Program-made: the position numbers and the translations under genes
Source: Aplysia californica
Taxonomy: Eukaryota
NCBI RefSeq assembly: GCF_000002075.1
Contig: NW_004797283.1
Span: forward strand, 2,386,170-2,450,029
Direction: 5' to 3'
Length of the DNA stretch: 63,860 bases
Part shown: piece after piece, positions 25,576 to 38,122 of the stretch
Layout: every line of letters starts with the position of its first letter
Position numbering within the stretch: position 1 is the first letter of the stretch
The notes under the pieces: model-generated
Seen by the model: only the letters and a program-made list of their open reading frames with translations
Databases searched by the model: none
What the model was told of the DNA's origin: nothing

Positions 25576-26289
25576 TAATAGACTTTGGAGGTCCCACCAC
25601 TGAAATGTTTTCAAGTAAAAGCTCTGTTGAAGGCTACTCTTCCACATCCTTTGCTTGGGTTTCCTATGCCTCCCCACACAGTGTCAATTTAATGTTGATT
25701 ATATTAACATCCTTTTTCAATTTACATTAATGACATTATTGGTTAAGACTGAGCGAATGCCGTAAAACCCTCTACTATTTAAAAAAAAAATAAGACTGAG
25801 CAATGACCAAAAAAATGATGGATCATGCATAGTTTTAGAATGAACAAAAAGACTCAATTTTAGTGCTAGAGAGAGGAATGTGGGTGTACATTGGTGTGGA
25901 AATGAGGGGGTAGCAGAGGTGGGGAGGAAGTGTAAATAAAACAGAACATGCCACTTAAAAGTTTTGAAATGTAGGTGAAGTTATAATGCTACAATTTACA
26001 GACACAGTATTTGTCTACATATTGTGTTTATTTCGTGATTTTGGCTTTTGTGTTTTTGACCAATAACCAAGAACAGTTTAGTTTATTTACATCATGTTCG
26101 TTTTCATTTTCGGATTTAATATTTTTCAAAAGTCAATGAAAGTAATGAACAAATGAAAATGTAACAAGTCACCATTTCTGGTGAACAACATTTTAAAAGC
26201 TCTTTTGATCAAAATGTGCAAAATTGAAAAGTTACATAGTGAGACAAAACAAGTAAATAACAAATTGTGATCCTTGAATCCATTTTTTA

Positions 26290-26646
26290 TAACAATAATA
26301 ATAATAATTGCATTTATATAGCGCCTATCCATGCCCAAGAGCATGCTCTATGTGTTTTACAACTATTATTACCCCAGCAGACACTCTGAGAACACTCAAG
26401 AAACATTCTCGGCTTCCGCGGAAGCATACAGTGCGAGCTGCGGATTTCACGCGCTCAAACACTATCAAACTGACAAGATCGTTCACTGTCTATAGCCAGG
26501 TACCCATTTCCACCTGGGTGAAGTGAGGAAAATTTGTGCAAAGTGCCTTTCCCACGGACACAACGTCGAGCCCCTGACGGGATTCGAACCCACGACCTTA
26601 CAGCTTTGAATCCGATAGCCTAACCACTAGGCCACCGACGCCACAT
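26290..26646 (-). mobile_element. tRNA-headed SINE family D with L2-like (ATT)n tail
   Basis: On the minus strand: A box tggcctagtggttagg, B box ggttcgaatcc, core ccaggtggaaatgggtacc, tail gcgctatataaatgcaattattatt. Confidence 0.85.
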
Positions 26647-27190
26647 GATATGAGATTCTAAGAAACAGCCCTATGAGCAGCAAAAAATAAATAGTACATG
26701 AAAAAGCTGTAACGGTTCAAAAGTACATCTTTTCTGCAGGACTCTAAAAGGCTAACTCAGTTACTGTACATTTTTACAAGAGTGAAAAAATTAAAAAGCA
26801 AGGCTATTAATACACATTTTATCTGTTCGGAATCCAACATTGTGGTGACTATTTGAAAATTTCAATCTTGCTGAAAATTATTTATAGGATTTGTTATGTG
26901 ATGTCAGTCAGAATTCAACGGGGGGGGGGGGGGGCAGACACCATATTTTCGGAGTTACCTGTTTAGAATCCTGCAGCTACAACGTGCATTAATCCGTAGA
27001 TGTGTTCCGAAATGTTTCTTTAAACTTAAACAACCTTTGCATTGCCAGTGCATGTGTTCTTGTTTCTCTGAGTCAACATCTCTATGACACATATGTTCAT
27101 TAAAAAATCTTTATTAATCCTCACAGCCCCAGCCACATAAGTTTCCTTCACAAGTTCTCATTCCCTCAGACCCAGTCGCATATATTTACT

Positions 27191-27375
27191 TTGGGGGGTG
27201 CTCTCGTGTAGTTTGCTCCTTCTCTCCTACCGAACATCTATCATCCTTATCACTCATCTTTCTTTTTTATGTTTGTTACTCTCTTGTAACACCTCTAATC
27301 TTCAGCTCTTATATGACCAAATTGTGTTGCAAGTGCCGCAAAACGCTCACTAAAACAAAACAAAAATAAAACAAA
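27191..27375 (+). mobile_element. SINE-like family A copy, about 480 nt downstream of the GPCR stop
   Basis: Consensus match. Confidence 0.85.
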
Positions 27376-27855
27376 CATATATTTCCCTCACAGAACATTT
27401 GCCGCCTCAAACCCAGTTATTTATTTTTATCGTAATCTATTTGTCATTTTAAAAAATATTCCACATGTTATATGTTCTTAAACCTCAAACCAAAGCAGTA
27501 GAGATTTTTTTTTCATGTCCACAAAAAAACTAGACACAATCAGTAATTGCTGGGCTTGTAGGGTCAAATACTCCAATATTACTGAGGCCAGAGGGAAGTG
27601 AGGGCTAGAAATAGCCTGGTGCTGTTAGGGTTAAAAGCATTTGTGATATTAGGCTCTGGGCCTGCAGGCAAAAGATCCGAGTTTGTTTCTCTGATGGAGA
27701 AGTGTTTTTCTTCAGGGTTGACCCTGACAGTACAGGTAGGGTCATTGCAACCCAGTTTCTAGATAATGTAGATTATGGAGATGGAGGCGCAGAACATTTA
27801 TTGCAAGTAACCGAATTTCAGAACCAGTGAGCTTGGTTTCTGTTCACAAAAGTTT

Positions 27856-29346
27856 TCACACAGAACTCAGTGGTTCTGGTCTGTCCGAAAGACTACTGTT
27901 CTCAACTGTTTCCACATTCTCCTCACTGATACTTACAAGTTTATTTTCTATGTTTGCAATTCTTTTGCCCTGGTAGACACCAGTAAGGTGAGCACCATCC
28001 ACGCTGATGGTGGCGATTTGTGTGTCAGTGGAGTGGATGCTGCTCACCTCTGGGTTTTTTCCTCTGTTGCTGTCGCTGCGCCAGCTGAGACTGCTGCTCT
28101 CACTCGAGCGTCTGCGTTTGGAAATTGTCATTTCTGTAGCGACAGAGTCTATGTTGGCTGGGAAGACGCGGCGCAGCTTGCGCTGGTAGCAGGAGCGGAC
28201 GAGATGAACAAGTTGCTGTCTGAAACGGTTTCCAGTGAGGCAGTAGAGGAAAAAGTTGATGCAGTGGTTGCCGTACATGAAGAGATTTGTCAAGCTTGCG
28301 GTCAGCGTGTATCGGGCAAGGATTTCAAAGTCTGTGGTGTTTGGTTTGGGTTTGAAATTGAAGATCGTTGGTCGAATGATCTGTAAGATGACACGTGGAG
28401 CTGTCATGATCATAAAAGTGAAGGACACTGTCAAAAGTGTTATTGTCATTTTGCGATTACTGCGTCCTGCAGAATTTGGGTTTTCTACTTTTACTGACCC
28501 TTTAAGAAAGGAGTTCTGCCTCAGAGCTTTTGCATGATTTTTGATGATGAGAAAGTTGAAAATGAGAAGGATGAAAAAGGGAAGGAAAGAATAAACTGTT
28601 GCGTCTAACCATGGCCACACAGTGTCCACAAAGTGTGCGTACTCGTTATAGGCCTGGCAGGTGGTGGTGACTCCATTTTTATTGTAATTGACAGCCATGG
28701 TCACAAAAAAGTGGATGTTGATGAGAGCCATGACAGCCATTATGCCAATGATCGTCAGGCGAGCACGGCGTGGGGTAGAGTGGACCAGAGCTTTAAGGGG
28801 GAAAGTGATAGCTAAATAACGGTCAATTGTCATTGCAACCAATATCCAAGCGGAGACACTAAAGCTCCAATAAGCCATGAAGGTAAGCACTCTGCAGGAG
28901 GCAGTGTCTTGATTCCGAGGGTCAAGACCCTTGGTGTGCAACCAACGCACGAGGCAAACGCCCAGCACCACAGAAAGGTCTGCAAAGGCTAGTCCCGCCA
29001 TGTAGTTGCAGACTGGCAACCGGGAAAGGCTCAGCATGACCACCAGGGCCAGAGTGTTTGCTACAGTGCCCACCACCACCTCTGCTAGGTAGCCATACTG
29101 ATTCAGTGACGAGGCCAATGTGTATTCTGGGTAGTTGCTCAAAATTGCCTCCAGTAAATCCTGCGCGCTGATGATGCCAATAGGAAATGCAGGGATAGTT
29201 TCATTGGGTAAAGAAGTGGTGCTGGGTTCTATCACACTGTGGTCGGTTGGAATAAACAAGTCAATCTTTGAGCTGTTATTCATGGTGAATGAAAATGCCA
29301 CGTTTTCTTGTCCATTTGGAATGCACGGATGTGAGGTTTTATCCAT
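27856..29346 (-). CDS. Intronless class A (rhodopsin-like) GPCR, FMRFamide/sex-peptide-receptor-like orphan group, nested antisense in a GON4L intron
   Basis: 496-aa ORF with seven hydrophobic segments, GTVAN (TM1), LAFADL (TM2), Cys at TM3 start, TIDRY, LPF (TM5), TAP (TM6), NHCINFFLY (TM7), helix 8 NRFR, N-terminal N-glycosylation sites and a Ser-rich tail. Confidence 0.95.
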   Translation of the reverse strand: MDKTSHPCIPNGQENVAFSFTMNNSSKIDLFIPTDHSVIEPSTTSLPNETIPAFPIGIISAQDLLEAILSNYPEYTLASSLNQYGYLAEVVVGTVANTLALVVMLSLSRLPVCNYMAGLAFADLSVVLGVCLVRWLHTKGLDPRNQDTASCRVLTFMAYWSFSVSAWILVAMTIDRYLAITFPLKALVHSTPRRARLTIIGIMAVMALINIHFFVTMAVNYNKNGVTTTCQAYNEYAHFVDTVWPWLDATVYSFLPFFILLIFNFLIIKNHAKALRQNSFLKGSVKVENPNSAGRSNRKMTITLLTVSFTFMIMTAPRVILQIIRPTIFNFKPKPNTTDFEILARYTLTASLTNLFMYGNHCINFFLYCLTGNRFRQQLVHLVRSCYQRKLRRVFPANIDSVATEMTISKRRRSSESSSLSWRSDSNRGKNPEVSSIHSTDTQIATISVDGAHLTGVYQGKRIANIENKLVSISEENVETVENSSLSDRPEPLSSV

Positions 29347-30823
29347 TCTGAATTAGGTTTCCATACTTCCTCAAGTTAATGTTTAATCCCCAGAAGAGTT
29401 TTTTGGTTCACTTTATCCGACTTCCTGGTTTCACACGGTCTTGTGGAGATCAAATGCAATAATGTGTCGGGGGAACATGAGCTGTTAGTTTTACTAGCAA
29501 GTCACAACAACGGTTAAGGTCATATGTCAAGGTCTCTGATTCTGGAAAACAGCAGGCGAAAATTTGTGAGACAACAGTAGCGAGCTAACTGGTTGTAAAA
29601 TCGCGACACAGACCTGCAGTAAATCAGAGGCCAAGCTATGAGACGGTTGCTTTGTGTGGTAACAATAGCAGGCCATTTTGAGACTTGAGTCTGGCGTAAT
29701 TCTTCGGAACGCACATGAGCACGTCTTTATGACCTGCAAGGCTCTCCACTGATTAGCAAGCGAGCTGTTTATTGCTGCTATTTCCTTCGAAAGCTCCTTG
29801 GGTGTAATAAACAGTGGGAACCAGCCATGGAGGCCCCCCTCTGTGTTTGTTTTGTCATAACTAACACTTTATCGGGACCACACATTCAACACTAAAGATT
29901 TATGACATGTCCCAAGTCTGTGAAACAGACTGCTGTGATGATGGAATGTTTTTAAAATTTTACTAACAAAAAGGAGGTCAAAATTTTGGTAGCTGGTGTG
30001 GTACAAGTATAAATTTTGTCATTTTTGGGGTAGGTAAATGTCTTCACTGCCAGATGCACTGATTTTGGAAGGCAAGTGTTTCTCCTTGAAACTGTGTTTT
30101 TGTATCTCAAAGTAGTGAGAAGGCAGTTATTGAAAACCATAGTCAGATTTTTTTAATTGCACTGTGTGTAGACAGAATTTTTGCTCAAGTTTTTTATGTT
30201 GGGGTGGGTATTAATATAAATAGACATCAGCCTCTCTTGTCACATAGTCCAACAGAGCACATGTTTAAGGAACAGGTTTTCATCTTGTTTGTTTTGGGGG
30301 GTTTTTGGCGGGGAGGTTTTTTTGGAAGTTTTCATATGTCACATTTTGCAGATTTTAATTTTCCCAGTGTGCATAGTTCTGGAAATGATTTAAATGTGTT
30401 ATGACCCGGGGGATCTCCCCCCCCCCCCCCCCTTGCTTGTCAGTTTTTGAGCATGTGGAGTTACTGGCATCATCTTAAAGCTTGTTTATTTATCTTGCTT
30501 TTTATGAAAAAATATAGGCATCTATCTTGAATAGAAGTGAACATATATTCGTTACTGAAGGAGGTGGGGGAATCACTGTTTTTAAGAGAAAAATTAGCAG
30601 GAAAATGGCCACTGAAGTTTGGTGACTTCATGGCTTGAGAGTTGTTGGAAAATGCAAACTAACATTTGTTATGCCTTTAATCAATTCAATAAAATATTTG
30701 TCAACTTGAGCAAAGATGCCGGTTTCATCTATTTCATTATTTTGACAGCTGTCTGATTTCACCACGATGCCTCACAAATTGTGTTGATAGGAGCATAATA
30801 TAACTTTCATTCAATCATTCTCA

Positions 30824-31165
30824 AAGGGGGGATATTAAAATTTTCTTATGCACTGTAGAATTGTAAACTGGCTTATTTATCAATGTCAGGCTCATACGGT
30901 GCCGGAACAAGATAAGGCGAACTGCTGCTTTTTCTTTCCTCATCCTTACTAGGGTCATTTTTGCCTCTACTTCCTTTGCATGTTTGTCACTCTTATGAAC
31001 TGCTATATCCAGGGTGCCTTGATAGTCGAAGCAAACATTGTGCTGTTGAGGCTAAAGAGATGAGCAGAGTAAGCCAGGTTCCCCGTTTGGACTTTTCTGT
31101 TGACATCCACCCATTGGCACTTCTCTGACTTTATGCGAGCACACTAAAACCTTACTTAAACTAGG
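30824..31165 (+). mobile_element. SINE-like family B copy (5' end eroded)
   Basis: Consensus match. Confidence 0.85.
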
Positions 31166-32002
31166 ACTTAAATGCTCACAATGCATTGCTTTATATATGG
31201 CAGGGGGGTAGCTTGTAATGGTACAGTGTTATAGAACCTTTTTTCTATTTTTATTTTTTATTTTTTTCCCCTGCTTAGCTGCAAAATAAAGTTAAAAAGA
31301 GATAAAAATTTGGAGATAAAGAGGTTTTCAAATTTTAAAAGTAGACTGTTTAATGTAGCTCCCTGTCAGCAGCTCTTGTCTCAAAAATGCAGCCCTGCAT
31401 TACTAGAAACTTAAATGACAAACAAAGTAAGATAATGTCATGTCTTAAGTTTAGCAAATGTAAATGCGGTATAACTGTCACTTTTGATTGGGAGCTTATT
31501 GTTAACCTTTCTGTTAGTGTTGATTCCCATGGCAATCAAAAGGACATCCTTGTTGAAATCTGATAATTTTTCCCAACTAGCCAGTTTCAGTATCCAAGCA
31601 TATCTACAAAAAGATTATTTTCATAGATGTAAAGAAAGTGNNNNNNNNNNNNNNNNNNNNNNNNNNNNNNNNNNNNNNNNNNNNNNNNNNNNNNNNNNNN
31701 NNNNNNNNNNNNNNNNNNNNNNNNNNNNNNNNNNNNNNNNNNNNNNNNNNNNNNNNNNNNNNNNNNNNNNNNNNNNNNNNNNNNNNNNNNNNNNTGTATC
31801 TCGGCGTCCTGGTTCCTTGTATACTTCAACTCAACAACATGAAACTGTCCAGCACTGGCCAGTCAAGGTTCTTAGACTTGTAAACTTCCTTCACATTGTG
31901 TTAAAGAAAAATGGTACTCGAAGTTGAATACAAAACTCTGTTCTCTTAGAAAAAAATGATCGAATCTGTTTTTTCAAAATGCTTTCTTCTTGTTCTCGAC
32001 AG

Positions 32003-32155
32003 CTGTACGTGGACATGGTGTCTCTCCTGTCAGATCACCAAGACCTGGTGGACGACTTTGCTGGCTTCTTGTTGTCCTTCCAGGCTGTTGTCTGTGGCTG
32101 CTTGGTGCCCAGCCTGGAGTACACCCAGATCCGAGAGATTCTCCGAAAGTTGGAG
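32003..32155 (+). CDS. GON4L: GON4L exon, PAH1 C-half LYVDMVSLLSDHQDLVDDFAGFLLSFQAVVCG...LRKLE
   Basis: cag/gtgag, 153 nt. Matches the PAH pattern LY....LL.D..DL..DFA.FL and GON4L QA..CG...FLRQLE. Confidence 0.95.
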
Positions 32156-33067
32156 GTGAGTTGATTCTCTTTGTCAGTGGCCCTTTGATTGGTCCAGCAC
32201 AACCAAACTTAATTAGATAAGGTCCATACTTTCATAATCGCTCGCTTTCTTCTAGAATGAATTTGGGCAAAAGAAACGCTGGAAAAAATAGTTAACAGAA
32301 TAAACATTTTTTAGCATGGACAACCCCCCACCCCTACCTCACCTCCTACACACACACAAACGCACACACACATTCACACACACACACTCACACACAGATA
32401 CACGTACACACACATGCGCTACCATTGTACCGTCGTAAGAAGTTTTGTTTTTTCGTGGACCCTGTCTTACTGAAGAAAAGCATCGATCCCACAAACTATT
32501 TTTCAATTCTTTAGAAACAGCAGTAGAACATGACAGTGGAAAAGGTGCCAAGAAAAATCATGGGGTGTTGTGACCCTCCTCTTTACTTTAATAGTCCACT
32601 GTCCACTCATTACCCTTTTTTTTGGGGGGGGGGGGTCTCTTGACCTAAATGTTTTGTCACCTATTTTAATCTTGCTGTGGTCTTTTTCAGGGTACAGCTT
32701 AATTGAAAGAGTCAGAAAAATAAAAGATAAAGGGTCTTAGTTTCATTGTTCTAAAAAAGAGTTCTTAGTATGATGTCTTGTGTCGAGGAAGACTGCACAA
32801 CATAGCAATTAAATTACTTGTAACGGCTGGCTGGCTATCTTTAAATGAGAGTGATAGCCTTTACAAATTACCCAAACTCGTAGCATATTATGTAGGAGTC
32901 CAGCTGTTTTATGCATTTTTTTTTAAAAGTAATCTCAAGGTAATTTACAACCTTTATTTTTCTGACTCCTTCAATTTTTTATTTTCTTTGGCTCTGCTGA
33001 TTGGCTTCCTGAAAAGCTTACCAATGTGTTTTTGTTTCTTTTCTTTTTTTTAATTGTCCTCCCTTAG

Positions 33068-33258
33068 ATGTACTGTGACTCGTCTGCTTCGTGCTCGTTC
33101 CAACGCACACTGAAAATGCTGCTGCGCTGGTTGTCCATGACCCAGGGGGAGCAGCCAGACATGGCTCTGAAGGAGAGACTGATGGCCATCTTCAAACACG
33201 TCCCTGGGCTTATGGACTACTTGATGTCCTACTTCCTGCATGAGCCCATCCCGGACTG
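33068..33258 (+). CDS. GON4L: GON4L exon, PAH2 (MYCD...LKERLMAIFKHVPGLMDYLMSYFLHEPIPD)
   Basis: ttag/gtatg boundaries, phase 0-2, PAH-like helix pattern. Confidence 0.9.
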
Positions 33259-33660
33259 GTATGTTGGTCTGTCCTCGCGGTTTTATGCCAAAAAAGTTCT
33301 GAAATTATGCAAACTGAGCCGAAAAATGTGAAATTATACGATTCTGTTGATTTTAACAAAGGACAATAAAGGATAAATATCAGAAATTATGCAAAAAATG
33401 ATCAAATTTTGCTAAATTATGCGGGGTGCATAAAACCACAGGGACTGGTTGGAAGGCTTCAGGACTTTTCTCTGACCTCCATGATTCTTTTCTGCCAGAA
33501 GTGGTCTCACTGGCCTCAGTAGAAGCCACAACATCATCTCAACTCTTCTTTCTTCTATTTTACTATACTGTCCTCCACAGATACATTGGTCATCGTCAAG
33601 GACTGACAGACAAACTATTATTATCATCATTATTAGTAGTAGTATGGTAGAAACTGACTA

Positions 33661-34465
33661 CTGTCAAACCTGTGTCAAGGAGAAAAGTGGCCGTATAAGA
33701 CAGGTGGCCGTCTTAGGCAGGACTGATCAAGATGAAGAAAACAAACCATTCCCATCTGAGGTCCCATTCGAAAGTAGCCGTATTGTTGTTGTTTTTTATG
33801 TTGTTGTTGGTGGTGGTGGTTTGTATTTTGTTTGTAATTTTTATTTTGTTGCTGATTTTGCACAAGGGTGACAATAAAATTAAATGTATCAGACGAGGAA
33901 GACTGAGTGCCACGTTAAAACAAGCACATGGGTCGCCACCACTCGGAGAACGAGCGACGCTTCTGTCACAAGTTCATGTTGACGTCCTTTGTTGCTTTGT
34001 TACAGACTGGGTAAACAGTGACCACTCATCTCACTTACGATTTGTGTATGAGTTCTGGGCGGGGCTTATGGGTTATGAGAGATCACACGCTTACCTCTCC
34101 AGCAGCTGAAAATTGGTAGTTATTGGTCAACAGTGGGAGGGGCCTACACAACATGAACGGTTGGAGGGACTACCTAACAACAACGACAAGTGATTGAATT
34201 GTGACGGTTCGCCCACAATGCCTGGGGCTAATGCACAATGTATGACAAAACGTAATGGAGTCACTAAGGTGGCCGTCTTAGACAGGTGTTATTGCTTAGT
34301 GTGATAGGAGTTGTGTGTTAAAATATGGTGGCCGAGGCCGCGTTGGACAGGTGACCGTTTTATACAGTTAAATTATATAGAAAAAACGCAAGGGGGGGAA
34401 ATGGAAAGTGTCCGTTTGTACGGGTGGCCGTCTTATAAAGGTGTCCGTCAGGGCAGGTTTGACTG
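33661..34465 (+). mobile_element. Tc1/mariner-pogo type MITE family M1
   Basis: TA|C(T)GTCAAACCTG ... CAGGTTTGACTG|TA; inverted paralog at 40189-41030. Confidence 0.85.
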
Positions 34466-35438
34466 TACTTTCAAACCATTTCCTGATATCTTCAAGACAT
34501 CGGGGTACAAGAAGCCAGGCTAATGGTATTTCATACTATTTATGTACTATAAACGAACTGAAGTACAATTGATTGTAAAATGCTGCAAATTGCTTTTATA
34601 TACATTTTAAAGAGCTTTCCAGTTTAATTAATGGACAGACAAGAAGCAAATGCTAGCTTAAAGAAACTAAATAAGATGATTGCTATATTAACAATCAGGT
34701 TATTGGAATGTTTTGTAGTCACACTCTCTTTTAGTTCAAATCAACATTCCATGAACAGTATGGAGAGTATGATTGATAGATCAGTCTTCTTCTGTCTGGG
34801 CAATGTAAGAATGAACAATTGGCAAATAAACCTCTCATAGCATATGCTGTAAGGCATGTGAGCTGAGTATGACTGATCATTTTTCGAAAGTCTAATGGTT
34901 CTGAGATTATTTCAGTTGGCTAGACAATGTATTTTAGGCTAGCTGACCATATATACTCATCATCATTAAGTGCCAGATTTCTGACGAACGTTGGCGATCA
35001 TAGTTCACTGTTCATTCCTTTGCTCAGATGTTCTAAAAAAAAGCTCCAGATCTTTCTGCCCAAAATTTATATCCTTTTTTTTTCATTGCAATTTATTAAT
35101 CTGTGGTAAGAGTTGAATGTGCTCAAGAAAATATTTAGTCAAAATTCAAATTCTGAAAGTTGATTAAAAAAACTAGTAAAGATACGTAAATTAGATACGA
35201 TTATTAAAAGACAGAAAAGGTTTATTTTTTTATCTCTCATGAAAAATTTGGCTTTTTTGGCTTGGAACATTTGACCAACTTGCTGATAGTATACTGTTTT
35301 GTCAAGGACAGACTCTTGAGTAGATTCTGCTTCTTCATTTTTTTTCACGTTTCTTGACAGCAAAATCCTACGTTTAATACTTCTTGGGAGAGTTTTCCTC
35401 GTTAAATGTAACAGTATTTTGTTACAGCTAATTTATGT

Positions 35439-35474
<36 letters not shown>

Positions 35475-35668
35475 CTGAGCAGACGCTGCATCCTGAGCTG
35501 CTCTATTACAAAAGTCTTCTTTGATCAGATAAATTGTCTCTATGTCATAGTGTCTCGTTCGTGTTGGTAAGTCCTTTCTAAAACCTTTGCTTTTTTTACT
35601 GTCCAAACTCGGGGAAAACATTTTCTGCGGTTTCAAAGTTTTCCCTTTTCTTTTTTTTCGGTTTGCAG

Positions 35669-35867
35669 TTCAAAAGAGGAGTTTGAGGATGTGGACCTGG
35701 AGGCAAAGATGGAACTTGGAGACGCAGTGGATGAGTTTGAGGAGATCAACCTGTGCTCAGGCAGAGAGGACTACAACACCAAGCAGTGTACGTGTTCCTG
35801 TCATCAAGACGCACTGGACTCCAAGCTCCGACGGAAGATCACACATTGTTTCTCATGCAGCTTACAG
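35669..35867 (+). CDS. GON4L: GON4L exon with FE.V/FEEI acidic motifs and CTCSCH...HCFSC Cys/His cluster
   Basis: gcag/gtgatt, phase 2-0. Resembles GON4L DFEEI...DGFEEV...CxCxCH...CxxC. Confidence 0.92.
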
Positions 35868-35915
35868 GTGATTCACTCTTGATTTTCTGTATTGCAGTGT
35901 ATCGGATATGTTGTT

Positions 35916-36088
35916 TGTGGTTGGCGGGTGGTCTGGTGTGGTTTGCTTCTACCCTATCAGACATCTATCGCCTTTATCTCCCCTTGTTCTTTTTTATGTT
36001 TGTTACTCTCTTGTAACACCTCTAATCTTCAGCACTTATATGACCTTATTGTGTTGCAAGTGCCGTAAAACACTTACTAAAACTAAAC
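35916..36088 (+). mobile_element. SINE-like family A copy
   Basis: Consensus match; about 48 nt after a donor. Confidence 0.9.
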
Positions 36089-37126
36089 TTTTTTTGTTTG
36101 TATTTTGTTTTGTTTTGTTTGTTGGGGTTGGTGGGGGGGTGGGGGTGTAGGCTGATTTAAAGGCAGGACCCTTTTGCCTTCTTACTGAACTTTGGTTTGC
36201 ATAAAGATTCCAGGAAGACAAGAACATTTTGGCCAGCTCAGATTTTGCCCTGGAATTTTACCTACGGCTAAATTAACCCTGTGCTTTGCAAAATATGGCA
36301 TTTTTTGTGAATTGTGAATTCTTTTTTTTTTAATCCCCAGGATAATAGTAATCCACTAAAATACGGTACCTTAAAAACATAAAAAATTTTTATACCAGTT
36401 TCAGAAAATCTGTCAGCTTCAAAGATGTTGGAAATATTATGAATGATGTGTTTATCAATATTTAGTCACATTTATAATTTAAATCGTTCCATCAACTGTC
36501 AAAGAATTATATTGTCAACATTTACATACAAAAATTAGAGCACACTAGAATACACCAAATTTGAACTCATTGGCTTTAAGTCATAGATTCCTGGAACTGG
36601 AATTTTATTCTTTTAACATAAATAAAGTAAGCTAGTTTTTGTTTCTGTGGATAAGTGGAGCAGATTTATTTCAGTGAATAAGTTGAGCTCCAGTTTTTTT
36701 CCTGAAGCCTTTGTTCAGGCATACTTAGGGACATAATAATAGAGATGGACCAAAGGGAGCAGTGTTATTGCATTGTTAAGTGATTGCAGTCCCAGGGAGT
36801 GAAGGATAAGGTGAGAAGTATTTTTATTAAAGAGCCTTCGGTGAAAGACACAAGAAGGGATAGTGAGACACTTTATGTTGAGTAGACAATACTGTTGAAT
36901 GCTGTGCTTTTCTGCTCTCCTTTGATGGTTGGCCTTAAGACCAAAACTGCTTTGGATGCTATGGCAATATGACAAAGAAATGATAATGTGTCGCCCATAT
37001 CTGAGAAAGGAACAAGAACATACTGTACCATTTATGTTTTAAAGCATACAATTCGAGCTGTTTAGATTAGAAGTAGAAAGTAATCTTTAGTTTGTGTTTA
37101 GTGTTTTGTGGGTGCAATGCATATTA

Positions 37127-37986
37127 CAGTCGAACCTGCCTTAACGGAAACCTGTGTAAAACGGAAACCTGTCTTTACGGAATTTCCCCGCTCCCCCCCT
37201 TGATATATTCCTCTTTAATTACCTGTATAAAACGGAAACCTATCCATTGAAGAAACGGGGAAAAAATCCACTCCCTTCCGAGGATTTTACTTGTCTTAAG
37301 ACGGAAAATGTTTTGCCTGTTCAGTCTTGATTAGAAAGAAAACTAGCAAGTTTGGTTCCATCCGCCGGCTCTAAACGTAACGCTATTATGCCGGGCGAGG
37401 AAGGGGAGTAGGGATACAATTTACGGGTAGATGCAACCCCATCTATGTGAGCCCTAAGCGATGAAGATGGTCAGGATGGTGTGGGTGTGAAATCTCAGGA
37501 GTGCCAGTGAAAGTGCTCGAGTGAGGCTCCAGCACTGAAACTTTCATTGGTAGCCAGAGGCGTGAAATTGGTTTGACCAATGCCTGCCCCCCTTGTCGTA
37601 CTGCCAGCCGAGAAAAGAGTTCCTCGAACTGTTGTTACATGGCAGTGAGGGGTGGCATTGGTTGACTGTGCTTATTACACCGATGGGTGGGGCTAAGGGT
37701 GGAAGCAAAGGAAATGTTCAAACAGTGGTCCTATGAAACACAAGCACTGATGGTAACTGGATTAAGTAAGACTGACACATGTCGTTATCAGAGTGGATAG
37801 CTGCTGAGAGGTGTGACCTTTTGTCCACTTGTGATTGCTTGCCGACCACACGGCGACCCTTGATCCCACCGCCTTTGACACCCCCCCACCCATCTCCCCA
37901 CTAAATTCCCCAGTCTAAGATGGAAAAGTGTAAGGCATAATTTTTTTCTGGCTCCCTAGCAATTCCATCTTACACAGGTTCGACTG
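37127..37986 (+). mobile_element. Tc1/mariner-pogo type MITE family M2
   Basis: TA|CAGTCGAACCTG ... CAGGTTCGACTG|TA; inverted paralog at 41497-42412. Confidence 0.9.
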
Positions 37987-38122
37987 TACTTGAATTGTCA
38001 TTCTTGAAGCTAACAGGTCTTTCTTATCCTTGGCAGTTTGAGTTGTGTATGTGCAGCAGTCTTAATCATCAGCGTACAGAATATGATTATTTTGGCTAAT
38101 ATTGGTTCTCTGTTGTCCTCAG

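Noticed and set aside
31484-31927. ORFs spanning N runs (also about 50.7-51.1, 56.2-56.8, 59.4-59.7, 61.3-61.7 and 63.6-63.9 kb)
   Set aside because: Artefacts of assembly gaps.
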